Source of the DNA: a bacterium
Lineage (GTDB): Bacteria; Bacillota_I; Bacilli_A; RFN20; CAG-288
Direction: 5' to 3'
DNA length: 64,000 bases
Assembly: GCA_963621825.1 (NCBI GenBank)
Contig: CAVFFP010000005.1
Location: 7,417 to 71,416, forward strand
Numbering within the stretch: position 1 is the stretch's first letter; each line of letters starts with the position of its first letter. This document shows positions 1 through 9,348 of this stretch, piece after piece. The translations under genes were made by a program, and so were the position numbers. Under the pieces are notes generated by a model. It was not told where the DNA came from and did not search any database. It worked only from the letters and a program-made list of their open reading frames with translations.

Positions 1-452
1 GTTTTTATTTCACCATAGGATGAAGCGTCATAATAGTTCAACTCTGCGTTGAGAGAGCCGGTGGATGAAAGGTAGCAGGAAACATCTTCGTTATATCCTT
101 GATTACAATATGTGTAATACGTATCAAAAGAAAGCCCACTACACAAAAAGGTTGTTTTAAAGGACATCGATCCATATTTGGGATATGTTTTACCTTCTAA
201 TGAAATTTCTGTTCCGGTGTTATGATAAAGGTCACAATCTTCGTATACTTCATTTAGAAAACCATCGTATTCGTAATTTGAGTCGATGTAATCGAAATTG
301 TCTGATACGGTGAAATCGTCATAAATAGTTAAACCTTTTGAATTCGATTTTGTAATGGCAATTGTATTGCTATTGTTGCTTTGATTGATTAGAGTGAAAA
401 AGAATAATAAAACAGTTAAAACAATAGTCTCAGTTTTTTTGAAAATGTGCAT
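1..452 (-). CDS. Hypothetical secreted protein; its 3' end runs off the window and about 150 N-terminal aa are visible
   Basis: Manual minus-strand translation from the ATG (revcomp of 450-452) stays open to base 1: MHIFKKTETIVLTVLLFFFTLINQSNNSNTIAITK... The N-terminus is hydrophobic and signal-like. It is absent from the ORF track because no stop lies in the window. Confidence 0.45.
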   Translation of the reverse strand, partial: MHIFKKTETIVLTVLLFFFTLINQSNNSNTIAITKSNSKGLTIYDDFTVSDNFDYIDSNYEYDGFLNEVYEDCDLYHNTGTEISLEGKTYPKYGSMSFKTTFLCSGLSFDTYYTYCNQGYNEDVSCYLSSTGSLNAELNYYDASSYGEIK

Positions 453-565
453 GATACATCTTCCTTTCTTTTTATTATTGGGAACAGGGCTTTCGATAGT
501 CGAATAAACGAAAATGATTGTTGTGATTGTATTTTTTGTGGGGTGAAAATCCTACTTGAAATCAT

Positions 566-964
566 CTATGCTTTTATACGATAGTCCTCGATACAGTTTA
601 GTGTCACCTTCTTGCCGGTATAGTCTGAGACAAAGTCTTTGATGATGTCTAACTCGATGAGGCTGTCTTTCTCATACGCATAGAATTTCCAGATAAGGTT
701 TGATTCGTCTATACAGAACTGATCATCTCTTGTTGGCGTATAGAAATAGAAGTAGTATTTCTGGTCTCCGTACATTTCAAAGGTATAGGTGATTTCATCC
801 AACGTTATTGTCCCACCGCAGGTGACAGATCGCTTGTTCTCAAAGTCAATGAAGTCGTTTTTGTAATGCCCGTAATAGGATCTGAATGAAATCTGTCTGT
901 TGCAGGAGGCTAGGGATAAAAGGATACACAAAGGAGTGAAGAGTTTTATTGGTTTATCAGTCAT
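566..964 (-). CDS. Small lipoprotein of unknown function
   Basis: 132 aa ORF. The N-terminus MTDKPIKLFTPLCILLSLASC has a signal peptide and a lipobox Cys. It is a weak paralog of the next ORF, with similar C-terminal segments (DIIKDFVSDYTGKKVTL versus KILDDFIKYYVGGRLVL). Confidence 0.6.
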   Translation of the reverse strand: MTDKPIKLFTPLCILLSLASCNRQISFRSYYGHYKNDFIDFENKRSVTCGGTITLDEITYTFEMYGDQKYYFYFYTPTRDDQFCIDESNLIWKFYAYEKDSLIELDIIKDFVSDYTGKKVTLNCIEDYRIKA

Positions 965-979
965 TGTCTATCCTCCTTG

Positions 980-1396
980 TTATTCAGAGACGCGGTCTAG
1001 TACCAACCGACCGCCTACATAGTATTTGATGAAGTCATCCAGTATCTTCACAACCAACTGCTCGACATGAGTCTCCTCGTCTTTCTGCAGAGTCCATTCT
1101 GCATACCAGTGGTCTATGTTCTTCGGGAATATTCCTTCTGTGTCTTCACTAGCTAACGTATATTCGAAAGTGACCATAGCATATGATGTTGGAGAAACGT
1201 CAAAATAATACATAGAATCATTGATCCACATGGTTGCCTTACAGTCGTATCCGATGGTGTTTACAAACATGATATCATTCCTGTATTGGTCTGGTCGTAA
1301 ATTTGGATAAGTATAAAAAGGATTGAGACAGGATGTCAAAGATGCACTTAAGGCAAAGGCTGATAACAGGCCGATTGGTTTCTTTTTATTCTTCAT
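980..1396 (-). CDS. Small lipoprotein of unknown function, paralog of 566..964
   Basis: 138 aa ORF. The signal peptide ends in the lipobox LTSC. It lies 15 nt upstream of 566..964 on the same strand. Confidence 0.6.
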   Translation of the reverse strand: MKNKKKPIGLLSAFALSASLTSCLNPFYTYPNLRPDQYRNDIMFVNTIGYDCKATMWINDSMYYFDVSPTSYAMVTFEYTLASEDTEGIFPKNIDHWYAEWTLQKDEETHVEQLVVKILDDFIKYYVGGRLVLDRVSE

Positions 1397-1877
1397 ATAT
1401 CAGGCATCCTGTATTAGTTTGAAGTTTTCTTGAAATACGCATAAGACATCCTCCTGTCATAGAATTTCAGTATAAACGTGATGGGATAGGTGTCAACAAA
1501 TCGAGCGATTTGTGTGCTGATAGAGACTTTTTCTTTGGTTTTGCACAATCGGATAAAAATAAGAGACTAATTGTAAAGATAGTAAACAAATATCACTCAA
1601 ATGTATAAAATTGAAGGTTGAAATAAAAATATAGCAAGGTGAATATTTTATGAGCTTTCGCGGTGAAAATATCGTATCTTTTTAACTAAATTGTATTGCA
1701 AATTCAATAATAATCAAATGCTTATAGGAATTAACTTAAAAAACGACCTTTAATTAGTAGAGTAGGTTGCTTATAAATTACAATAATGATATGATACCGC
1801 TTTCAAATACGGAGTGCATATTTTTCTTTCTTTTTCTTTAGTCGGTTTTCTATAATGGAGAAGGTTGAAGAAGTGAC

Positions 1878-1945
1878 TATTCGTATAATTGCCCTAATCG
1901 GTGGGAAAGTCTCTACGCTGGACCGTAAATTCAGCACTACGAATA
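1878..1945 (+). promoter_or_regulatory. Purine riboswitch aptamer (guanine/hypoxanthine type, C at the specificity position) in the leader of the BMP ABC operon
   Basis: P1 is TATTCGT (1878-1884) paired with ACGAATA (1939-1945). J1/2 is TATAAT-like. P2 is CCC/GGG with a loop containing GG. J2/3 is AGTCTCTAC, against the consensus AGUUUCUAC. P3 is GCTGGA/TTCAGC with loop CCGTAAA. J3/1 is A-C-T, and that C is the pairing nucleotide of guanine-class switches. A TATAAT -10 lies at 1851-1856, about 20 nt upstream. Confidence 0.8.
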
Positions 1946-2038
1946 AAACTCCTTATTCCTCTTTTTTATTTTCATCGGAGTTGTCGGGACTTTCTTTCTG
2001 ACCTTGGCGGTTACAAAGACCAAAAAAGGAGAAAGAAA

Positions 2039-3322
2039 ATGAAAAAAGGTCTCAAGTCTGTCGGTGTCGTTCTGTTATCTGTCTTGGCGATGGCGGGATG
2101 TGGTGAAAGTACAAATTCTGGAAAGGAAAATGACCAGACTGGTTTCAAAGCTGGATTCATTTTGATCGGTGATGAGAGCGAAGGCTATTCGGAAGCTCAT
2201 ATCAATGGTATCAAGGCTGCTCAGACTGCCTTGAATCTTTCTGATTCCCAGATTTTGCTCAAGAAGAAAGTCTTAGAGGATGATGGTGCTAAGACTGCTG
2301 CTGAGGAACTTGTTGCCAATGGCTGCAAACTCATCGTCTCTAACTCTTATGGACATCAGTCTTATATGGCTGAAGTCGCTAGCGAGTATCCGGATGTTCA
2401 GTTTGTTGCCGCTACTGGTGATTTCGCTTCTATCTCTGGTATCAGCAATCTCAACAATGCTTTCACTAACATCTATGAGGCTAGATATGTCTCCGGTATC
2501 GTCGGTGGCATGAAGTTAAAGGAACTCATCGAAGACGGAAAACTTACCGATTCCAATAAGGACAGCGATGGAAACTATAAGATCGGCTATGTCGGTGCTT
2601 ATACCTATGCTGAAGTCATCTCCGGATATACTGCTTTCTATCTCGGTGTCAAATCCATCGTCAATAATGTTTCCATGGATGTTGAATTCACCGATTCTTG
2701 GTTTGATATCGATAAAGAAGGAACCGCTGCTGAAAACTTAGTCAACAGAGGCTGTGTCATCATCGGTCAGCACGCTGACTCCACTGGTGCTCCTAGCAAA
2801 GTCCAGTCCCTTTTGGAGAACGGAAAGGTCTGCTACTCTGTCGGATACAATGTCGATATGCTCAACGTTGCTCCTCAGGCAGCCTTGACTTCTTCCACAA
2901 ATAACTGGGAAGTCTATTATGAATATGCGATGAAGACTGTCATGGAAGGCAAGACAATTGCTAAGGATTGGTCCGAAGGCTATAAGACTGGTGCTGTCGG
3001 TATGACAGCTTTAGGTGCTTCCGCTGCTGAGGGAACCCAGGCTGCTGTTGATGCCGCAGTCGCTAGCATCAAGGATGGATCTTTCCATGTCTTTGATACA
3101 ACCAAGTTCACTGTCGACAACCAGAAACTCACCTCCCATAAGCATGATTTCTCCTTCATGGATTATTCCACGAATCCCGCAACAACTGTCTACAAGGGTG
3201 AAACCGTTGAGACTGTCAAGACAGAAGGAAATGCAACCTATGTTGAGGAAAGCGTCATTCGCTCCGCTCCGTATTTCGATATCATGATCGACGGAATCAA
3301 TTGGACAAACAAAACAAAATAA
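2039..3322 (+). CDS. BMP-family (PnrA/Med/NupN-like) ABC transporter substrate-binding lipoprotein
   Basis: The ATG at 2039 follows the RBS AAAGGAGAAAG. The N-terminus is MKKGLKSVGVVLLSVLAMAGCGES, with a lipobox. The body carries BMP-family motifs (GFILIGDESEGYSEAH, KIGYVGAYTYAEV, IIGQHADSTG). The track ORF start at 1901 (GTG) would read through the riboswitch and was rejected. Confidence 0.9.
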   Translation: MKKGLKSVGVVLLSVLAMAGCGESTNSGKENDQTGFKAGFILIGDESEGYSEAHINGIKAAQTALNLSDSQILLKKKVLEDDGAKTAAEELVANGCKLIVSNSYGHQSYMAEVASEYPDVQFVAATGDFASISGISNLNNAFTNIYEARYVSGIVGGMKLKELIEDGKLTDSNKDSDGNYKIGYVGAYTYAEVISGYTAFYLGVKSIVNNVSMDVEFTDSWFDIDKEGTAAENLVNRGCVIIGQHADSTGAPSKVQSLLENGKVCYSVGYNVDMLNVAPQAALTSSTNNWEVYYEYAMKTVMEGKTIAKDWSEGYKTGAVGMTALGASAAEGTQAAVDAAVASIKDGSFHVFDTTKFTVDNQKLTSHKHDFSFMDYSTNPATTVYKGETVETVKTEGNATYVEESVIRSAPYFDIMIDGINWTNKTK

Positions 3323-3339
3323 TATCCGAAATCTGTTTT

Positions 3340-3369
3340 CAGGAGGGCATCTGCCCTCCTGATTTATTT
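3340..3369 (+). terminator. Intra-operon rho-independent hairpin after the binding-protein gene
   Basis: The stem is CAGGAGGGC (3340-3348) and GCCCTCCTG (3353-3361) with loop ATCT, followed by ATTTATTT. It sits between the SBP stop (3322) and the ATPase start (3386). Confidence 0.7.
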
Positions 3370-3385
3370 AATATAGGAGTGATAT

Positions 3386-4906
3386 ATGGGAAATCAGATA
3401 CGTCTGCACCACATTAGCAAACGCTTTGGCTCCGTCTATGCCAACAAAGATGTCAATCTCACCATTTATCCTGGTGAGATTCTTTCTCTCTTAGGAGAGA
3501 ACGGATCTGGCAAGACGACATTGATGAATATGCTCTCCGGAATCTACTATCCGGATGAGGGAAGAATTACATTAGACCATTCTGTCATTCAGATTGCTTC
3601 TCCGAAGGATGCTTATCGATATGGTATCGGAATGGTGCATCAGCATTTCAAATTGATTGATACCTTTACCGCAGCACAGAACATTGTTCTAGGTCTGAAA
3701 GGTTCTTTCTTCTTAAGCAAAAAGAAGATTGATGAGAAAATCAATGCTATCGCAAAGAAGTATGGTTTTATCATCGATCCGGAAAAGAAAATCTACGAGA
3801 TGTCTGTCTCTGAGAAACAGACTGTAGAGATTGTCAAACTTTTATATCGCGGTGTAAACACTCTGATTTTGGATGAACCGACTGCTGTCTTGACTCCTCA
3901 GGAGTCAGAGACACTCTTTTCCGTTCTTCGTGCGATGAGAAAGGACGGAAAGGCGATTGTCATCATTACCCATAAGCTCAACGAGGTTCTATCTCTCTCC
4001 GATAGAGTAGCCATTTTAAGGAAAGGCGAAATGATTGGATGCATCGATACGAAGGATGCTAACGAAGAGATACTGACTGACATGATGGTAGGTCAGCATG
4101 TCCACCTTGAAATCGATAGACCAGAACCGACAAGAAGAAAGAAGAGAATCTCAATACAGCATCTGACGACCTACAACCAGGAGAATGTCAAGACATTGGA
4201 TGATGTATCCTTTGATTGCTATACCGGTGAGATTTTAGGTATTGCTGGTATCGGAGGAAGCGGACAAAAGGCATTGTTAGAGGCGATGTCCGGACTTCAG
4301 AGATGTGAAAAAGGATCTTCTATGATCTTCTCTAACGGAGATTTGGATGAAGAGATTGTCGGCATGTCTCCCAAACAGATCAAAAAGCTTGGCATCCGTC
4401 TTGCCTTTGTTCCGGAAGACAGACTTGGCATGGGTCTTGTCGGTGATATGGGTATGACTGGAAATATGCTTCTTCGTAGTTACGAGGAAGGTAGAGACAG
4501 CAATCTTCATATCAAGAAGCCGCACGCTCTTGCAGAAGAGATCAAGACAAAGCTGGATGTTGTCACACCGTCTATCGATACACCGGTCAGAACTCTTTCT
4601 GGCGGCAATGTTCAGAAGGTTTTAGTCGGAAGAGAGATTGCAACAGCTCCTAGACTTCTCCTCACCGCTTATGCGACACGAGGACTGGATATTAATACCT
4701 CTTATCTGATCTATGAGATTCTGAATGAACAGAAGAAGAAAGAGACAGCTATTATCTATGTCGGTGAGGATCTGGATGTCTTACTAGCGCTTTGTGACAG
4801 AATCCTTGTCCTCTGTGACGGCAAGGTGTCTGGCATTGTTGATGCTAGGACAACAGATAAGAAGACGGTCGGTCAGATGATGGCTAAGGTCATGGGAGAT
4901 AACTGA
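3386..4906 (+). CDS. ABC transporter ATP-binding protein with two fused ATPase domains (nucleoside/sugar type, NupO-like)
   Basis: 506 aa. Walker A is GENGSGKTT, and LSGG and DEPT motifs are present. A second degenerate cassette has GIGGSGQKAL and LSGGNVQK. Confidence 0.9.
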   Translation: MGNQIRLHHISKRFGSVYANKDVNLTIYPGEILSLLGENGSGKTTLMNMLSGIYYPDEGRITLDHSVIQIASPKDAYRYGIGMVHQHFKLIDTFTAAQNIVLGLKGSFFLSKKKIDEKINAIAKKYGFIIDPEKKIYEMSVSEKQTVEIVKLLYRGVNTLILDEPTAVLTPQESETLFSVLRAMRKDGKAIVIITHKLNEVLSLSDRVAILRKGEMIGCIDTKDANEEILTDMMVGQHVHLEIDRPEPTRRKKRISIQHLTTYNQENVKTLDDVSFDCYTGEILGIAGIGGSGQKALLEAMSGLQRCEKGSSMIFSNGDLDEEIVGMSPKQIKKLGIRLAFVPEDRLGMGLVGDMGMTGNMLLRSYEEGRDSNLHIKKPHALAEEIKTKLDVVTPSIDTPVRTLSGGNVQKVLVGREIATAPRLLLTAYATRGLDINTSYLIYEILNEQKKKETAIIYVGEDLDVLLALCDRILVLCDGKVSGIVDARTTDKKTVGQMMAKVMGDN

Positions 4907-4907
4907 A

Positions 4908-6107
4908 ATGAAAGAAAAAGCAACAAAAATATTTCCGTTCCGTGTTGCGAAGCGGAATGATGTTACCTGGAAAATGAAATTGCTCAGTGTCTCTTTGACC
5001 ATTGGAAGTGCACTCTTGCTCTCTGTCTTTTTCCTTTGGGTCGTTTCGATGAAAAATCCGTTCCCTGCCATTAAGTATATCTTCATGGGAACCTTTGAGA
5101 ATAAGATCAAATTCTGGTCGTTTGTGAAAGAGCTTGTCCTGCTTTTAGGAATTGGTCTTGCACTTGTTCCTGCTTATAAGATGAAGTTCTGGAACATCGG
5201 AGCACAAGGTCAAGTGTTGATCGGCGCCTTGGTCACCTCCTTGTGCATGCTGAAACTTCCGGAAAATATCCCTTCCTATGGTGTAATTCTTATCTCCTTC
5301 TTCCTTTCTATGATCGGTGGTGGTATCTGGGCCTATATTCCTAGTATCTTCAAGGCAAAGTGGAATACGAATGAAACGTTGTTCACGTTGATGATGAACT
5401 ATATCGCTATTGCACTTGTCACATTCTGCGTTGACAGATGGAGAGGTTCCAAGAGTGCATTAGGCACCATCAATCCTTCTACGAAAAGAGGATGGGTGGA
5501 TTTCAAGACGGGCGTTACGAATATTGATAGTTTCGTTACCAACTATCTGAATAGCCGAGTCATCATTCCTCTTCTTGTCGTTCTGTTCCTTACGGTCTTC
5601 ATCTACTTCTACATCAAGATGAAAAAGCATGGCTATGAGATTCGTGTTGTCGGAGACTCTGTCTCTACTGCAAGGTACACCGGAATCAATGTCGGACATG
5701 TCATCAGACGTACCATGTTCTTAAGCGGCGCTATCTGTGGCTTGATGGGATTCTTCTATGTTGCCTGCTTCGATCATACGATATCCATGGCGACAAGCGG
5801 CAATTACGGATTTACTGCTGTCATTGTTTGCTGGTTATCCAATTTCAATCCGTTTGTTATGGTTGGTTACTCTTCTTTGATTGTATTCTTAGACAAGGGA
5901 GCTAGAAACTTATCGAATGTCTCCTACGCGACGACGCTTAATGAATATTCAACGGAATTCATCTTGTTCACAATCATCATTGCAATCATGCTGACTACTT
6001 TCTTCCTTCGCTATCACATTGTCAGGTCTACCCCAATCAACCATGATAAGAAATATAAGAAGATACTGACAAAAGGATTAATGATCAAGGAGGTGTGCCA
6101 TGATTGA
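4908..6107 (+). CDS. ABC transporter permease (BMP/nucleoside system, NupP-like)
   Basis: 399 aa polytopic membrane protein. Its start abuts the ATPase stop and its end overlaps the next permease by 8 nt. Confidence 0.85.
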   Translation: MKEKATKIFPFRVAKRNDVTWKMKLLSVSLTIGSALLLSVFFLWVVSMKNPFPAIKYIFMGTFENKIKFWSFVKELVLLLGIGLALVPAYKMKFWNIGAQGQVLIGALVTSLCMLKLPENIPSYGVILISFFLSMIGGGIWAYIPSIFKAKWNTNETLFTLMMNYIAIALVTFCVDRWRGSKSALGTINPSTKRGWVDFKTGVTNIDSFVTNYLNSRVIIPLLVVLFLTVFIYFYIKMKKHGYEIRVVGDSVSTARYTGINVGHVIRRTMFLSGAICGLMGFFYVACFDHTISMATSGNYGFTAVIVCWLSNFNPFVMVGYSSLIVFLDKGARNLSNVSYATTLNEYSTEFILFTIIIAIMLTTFFLRYHIVRSTPINHDKKYKKILTKGLMIKEVCHD

Positions 6108-7089
6108 GAGTGTTCTTTCTTGGTTATCCATCGCAGTCGGATTCGGAGCTATCCTGGCCTTGTCTGGATTAGGTGAAACTATCACAGAGAAAGTCGGACA
6201 TTTGAACTTAGGTGTTCCTGGCATTATGTATTTCTCTGCAATCTGTGCTTATGTCTGCTGTATGGTATATGAAAAGGATAATGATAATCCGATTGCCATA
6301 GTTACAGTACTGATTGCTCTTCTTGTATCCTTTGCAGTCGGTATGATATTCGGTTTGATTTATTCAGTTGTCTGTGTGACTTTCCGCTGCAATCAGAATG
6401 TCATGGGACTTGCGATTGCATCATTCGGTGTCGGATTCGGTAAATTTCTTTCCCTTTCCTTAGGACTGAGAGATTATAAGTTGTCCTTTGCGGGAACAGT
6501 CTTCAATCAAGGAATTCCCTATCTTAAGGATATTCCCTATGTCGGAAGAATTCTCTTCGATCATGGATTCATGACCTATCTTGCTATCTTCTTCAGTATT
6601 GTCGCCTATATCTTCTTCACACGTACTAGACTTGGTTTGAATGTTTGTGCCGTTGGTGAATCACCGGCAACTGCTGATGCAGCCGGTATCCGTGTTGGAT
6701 TATACAAGTATGTCGCCACCTTAGTCGGATGCGGATTCTGTGGACTTGGCGGTATGACCTATGTTTTAGACTATACTCATGGACTTTGGTCGACCAATAA
6801 TAACATCGAAGCAATCGGTTGGCTTGCTGTTGCACTGGTCATCTTCATCGCTTGGAAACCGATTCATCTGATCTGGGGTGCTCCATTATTCGCATTCTGC
6901 TATTGGGCATACACGTATGTTCCGGTCATGATCTCTTCCAGATTCAATTTCACAGGATTCAATGATCTGTTGCAGATTCTTCCTTATCTTGTCACAATCA
7001 TCATCTTGATCATCAATTCGATGAAGAAGAAAAAAGAAAATCAGCCCCCGCAGTCGTTGGGTGTCGCTTACTTCAGAGAAGAAAGATAA
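6100..7089 (+). CDS. ABC transporter permease (BMP/nucleoside system, NupQ-like)
   Basis: 329 aa polytopic membrane protein and the last gene of the operon. Confidence 0.85.
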   Translation: MIESVLSWLSIAVGFGAILALSGLGETITEKVGHLNLGVPGIMYFSAICAYVCCMVYEKDNDNPIAIVTVLIALLVSFAVGMIFGLIYSVVCVTFRCNQNVMGLAIASFGVGFGKFLSLSLGLRDYKLSFAGTVFNQGIPYLKDIPYVGRILFDHGFMTYLAIFFSIVAYIFFTRTRLGLNVCAVGESPATADAAGIRVGLYKYVATLVGCGFCGLGGMTYVLDYTHGLWSTNNNIEAIGWLAVALVIFIAWKPIHLIWGAPLFAFCYWAYTYVPVMISSRFNFTGFNDLLQILPYLVTIIILIINSMKKKKENQPPQSLGVAYFREER

Positions 7090-7094
7090 GTATG

Positions 7095-7124
7095 AAAAAC
7101 AGAAGCGTTTCCGCTTCTGTTTTT
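7095..7124. terminator. Bidirectional rho-independent terminator between convergent operons
   Basis: AAAAACAGAAGCG-TTTC-CGCTTCTGTTTTT. The 9 bp stem has an A-run on one side and a T-run on the other. It lies 6 nt after the stop at 7089 and 3 nt from the minus-strand stop at 7127. Confidence 0.75.
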
Positions 7125-7126
7125 CT

Positions 7127-7597
7127 TTACTCTAATGTTTGATCGATGTAACTAATAAATGGTGCCGTTTTGTAATCGAATCCAATCACAATGGATGAAA
7201 CAATCTCAGGCATTTCGCAGGATGTGACACTGATCCAGTTCACATCATCTTTCCCGGTGATTCGATAAGAGTTCGGATTGAATAAAGCGTAGACGTTTTC
7301 ATAGTTCTTTTCTTTTAAGTCTTTTATAGTTACCTTTGTGTCAGCGCTTGTGTAGATTTCTGTCTTATCATTCAACAGTCCATGGAATCCATGTTTTGTG
7401 ATGTTCGTGTTTACAAAATAGTATTGGTTGTTTTCCTTGACTAATTTTCCTTTGAAGAGCTGTTGTGGATATGCAATCATCCAACCGGTGGAACTGATTC
7501 CGTCACAATAATATGGTTCGTTGGAGGGCACTTCAGAAACAGACGAACATGATGTCAGCAATAATGCCGCTGAAAGCAATATAAGATTCTTTTTCAT
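7127..7597 (-). CDS. Lipoprotein of unknown function, paralog of 7610..8089
   Basis: 156 aa with signal peptide and lipobox LLLTSCSS. It shares PSNEPYYC and HGF(H/S)G motifs with the upstream ORF. Confidence 0.65.
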   Translation of the reverse strand: MKKNLILLSAALLLTSCSSVSEVPSNEPYYCDGISSTGWMIAYPQQLFKGKLVKENNQYYFVNTNITKHGFHGLLNDKTEIYTSADTKVTIKDLKEKNYENVYALFNPNSYRITGKDDVNWISVTSCEMPEIVSSIVIGFDYKTAPFISYIDQTLE

Positions 7598-7609
7598 GAT
7601 GTAGCTCCT

Positions 7610-8089
7610 TTACTGTTCAAGTTCGTTTCCGTTAAACGTTTCTATCTTCTCTAACTCTTCCGGAAGTTCTCCAATGACTAGATAGGTGATGTTTTCTGCC
7701 ATGGGTGCTATAAGGACCTTTAACCATTCTGCATCATCGGATTTTGTCTTTGTGCTGAAGAATGCTGTTGCAGTAAGGTGTTCAGAATCGATTTTGTCTA
7801 TTTTTGTTTTGTCTTTGTAGATAATGGTGTTGGAATCGATGATTCCTGAGAAACCATGATATGTTTTCTTGAAAGAAACAAAGGAATAACCAAAAGAGAC
7901 ATTATCATTCTTTCTGATTAAACCGGATATCTTAGCAAAATCATATGTCGGATCTTTTGCTGGGGAGGAACAATAATAGGGTTCATTGGATGGAATGTAT
8001 TCTGGGGTTACTGAAATTTTTTCGGATGCTTTGCTTCCACAACTGCATAGGAAGAGGAGAGATAGAATCACTGGTGATATCTTTTTCAT
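7610..8089 (-). CDS. Lipoprotein of unknown function, paralog of 7127..7597
   Basis: 159 aa with lipobox LFLCSCGS. It has the same PSNEPYYC and HGFSG motifs. Its start overlaps the protease stop (8086-8089), which suggests translational coupling. Confidence 0.65.
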   Translation of the reverse strand: MKKISPVILSLLFLCSCGSKASEKISVTPEYIPSNEPYYCSSPAKDPTYDFAKISGLIRKNDNVSFGYSFVSFKKTYHGFSGIIDSNTIIYKDKTKIDKIDSEHLTATAFFSTKTKSDDAEWLKVLIAPMAENITYLVIGELPEELEKIETFNGNELEQ

Positions 8090-9159
8090 TTTGAGATTCC
8101 TCCTATAATATCAATCATTGTGTTTGTTATTCTTGTATAACCACTCCAAGAATAGAAGTCTTTTTCGTATGTATCTGGCTCACCTGTGGAATTGATACCA
8201 ATGATGTAATTGTAATAATGATAATCTTGAATGTGATCATCGTATTCATCATATAAGCCAATCAATGGTCCGCCACTCATGCCAGCACTGATACTATTAT
8301 AAAGGTCGTATCTATATTCTGTTTTAGAAATAACTCCTTTTCCTAATGAATAAGTGAGTTTATAATTGTTAATTTGTGGATAACCTAAGGAAATATAGTA
8401 TGTGTTACTATCCATAGTTGTATTGGAAGCAATTGTTGTTGCACCAAAGGTTTTTGGTAATGTTAAGTCGTCGAATTTAAGAATGGCCCAGTCTACATTT
8501 TTTTGAGCTTCCGTCGGTGTTTCACTTATACTGTTTGGATTTAATGCTCTCCATAGTTTAGGAATGTAGGTGTTGGTGACTTTCACGGTTTTAGAATACT
8601 TGGTTCCGGCGTTGAAACTGAATGTTGCGGTAATATTAGATGTGTACCCGCCGTTTATGTAGACGCAATGAGCGGCAGTTAATGCATAGCCGTTTGATAA
8701 TAGAAAACATGAAGCGTATTCGGAACCGGATTTTTTTAATAAGCCAGTGCTTGTGTATGGTTGCGCGACATAACTGTCGTTAACGATTGTTGAATTAGTG
8801 ACACTAGCAAGTATCGTATTTCTGAAAGACTGGTTGCAATAATCTTTAAAGGTATAGTTCAAAAGACTACTAGGCCAACAACCAGCAATCGTCATTGAAT
8901 TTGCTGAGGTGTTTTTTGCAAAGGTGTGTAATGTAATGCTGCCCGTTGAGTTGTTTCTTTCTTCTACGACCATTGTGTTGGAATCATCTTTTTGGTCAAT
9001 GGAATAGGAATTATCAACATCAGTCTTTTCGCTCTCAGATGTTTCACAAGACGAAGACATCCAACGAACGTGTTTAGTGACAGGTTGGTCATTTTGACCA
9101 CTAAAAACGCAAGTAAGAGAAATAAAAAATACTAAGTTTAAAGCTTTATTGAATAACAT
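8086..9159 (-). CDS. Secreted trypsin-like serine protease (S1 family, V8/glutamyl-endopeptidase-like)
   Basis: 357 aa with an N-terminal signal peptide. The catalytic motifs are LTAAHCV (His), DWAILKF (Asp) and GMSGGPL (Ser). The RBS AAAGGAG lies upstream. Confidence 0.8.
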   Translation of the reverse strand: MLFNKALNLVFFISLTCVFSGQNDQPVTKHVRWMSSSCETSESEKTDVDNSYSIDQKDDSNTMVVEERNNSTGSITLHTFAKNTSANSMTIAGCWPSSLLNYTFKDYCNQSFRNTILASVTNSTIVNDSYVAQPYTSTGLLKKSGSEYASCFLLSNGYALTAAHCVYINGGYTSNITATFSFNAGTKYSKTVKVTNTYIPKLWRALNPNSISETPTEAQKNVDWAILKFDDLTLPKTFGATTIASNTTMDSNTYYISLGYPQINNYKLTYSLGKGVISKTEYRYDLYNSISAGMSGGPLIGLYDEYDDHIQDYHYYNYIIGINSTGEPDTYEKDFYSWSGYTRITNTMIDIIGGISK

Positions 9160-9348
9160 AGCAATCTCCTTTCGATGCTACGAATATTATAGTACAAGTA
9201 AACATATTAAGTGTAAAAATGTTGTAAATATTCAGCTATAGATGAAATGGTTTATATGTAGCCTGGTAAGTGACGAGACGTATCAGAACATTACAGACAA
9301 TTGATAAATCTCCCGATAGATATTCAATTTGAATTTATGAGGTGGAGT

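Noticed and set aside
1901-2038. The track ORF extends the binding-protein gene upstream to a GTG at 1901.
   Set aside because: The extension reads through the purine riboswitch aptamer and its T-run. A strong RBS and the ATG at 2039, followed by a lipoprotein signal peptide, mark the real start.
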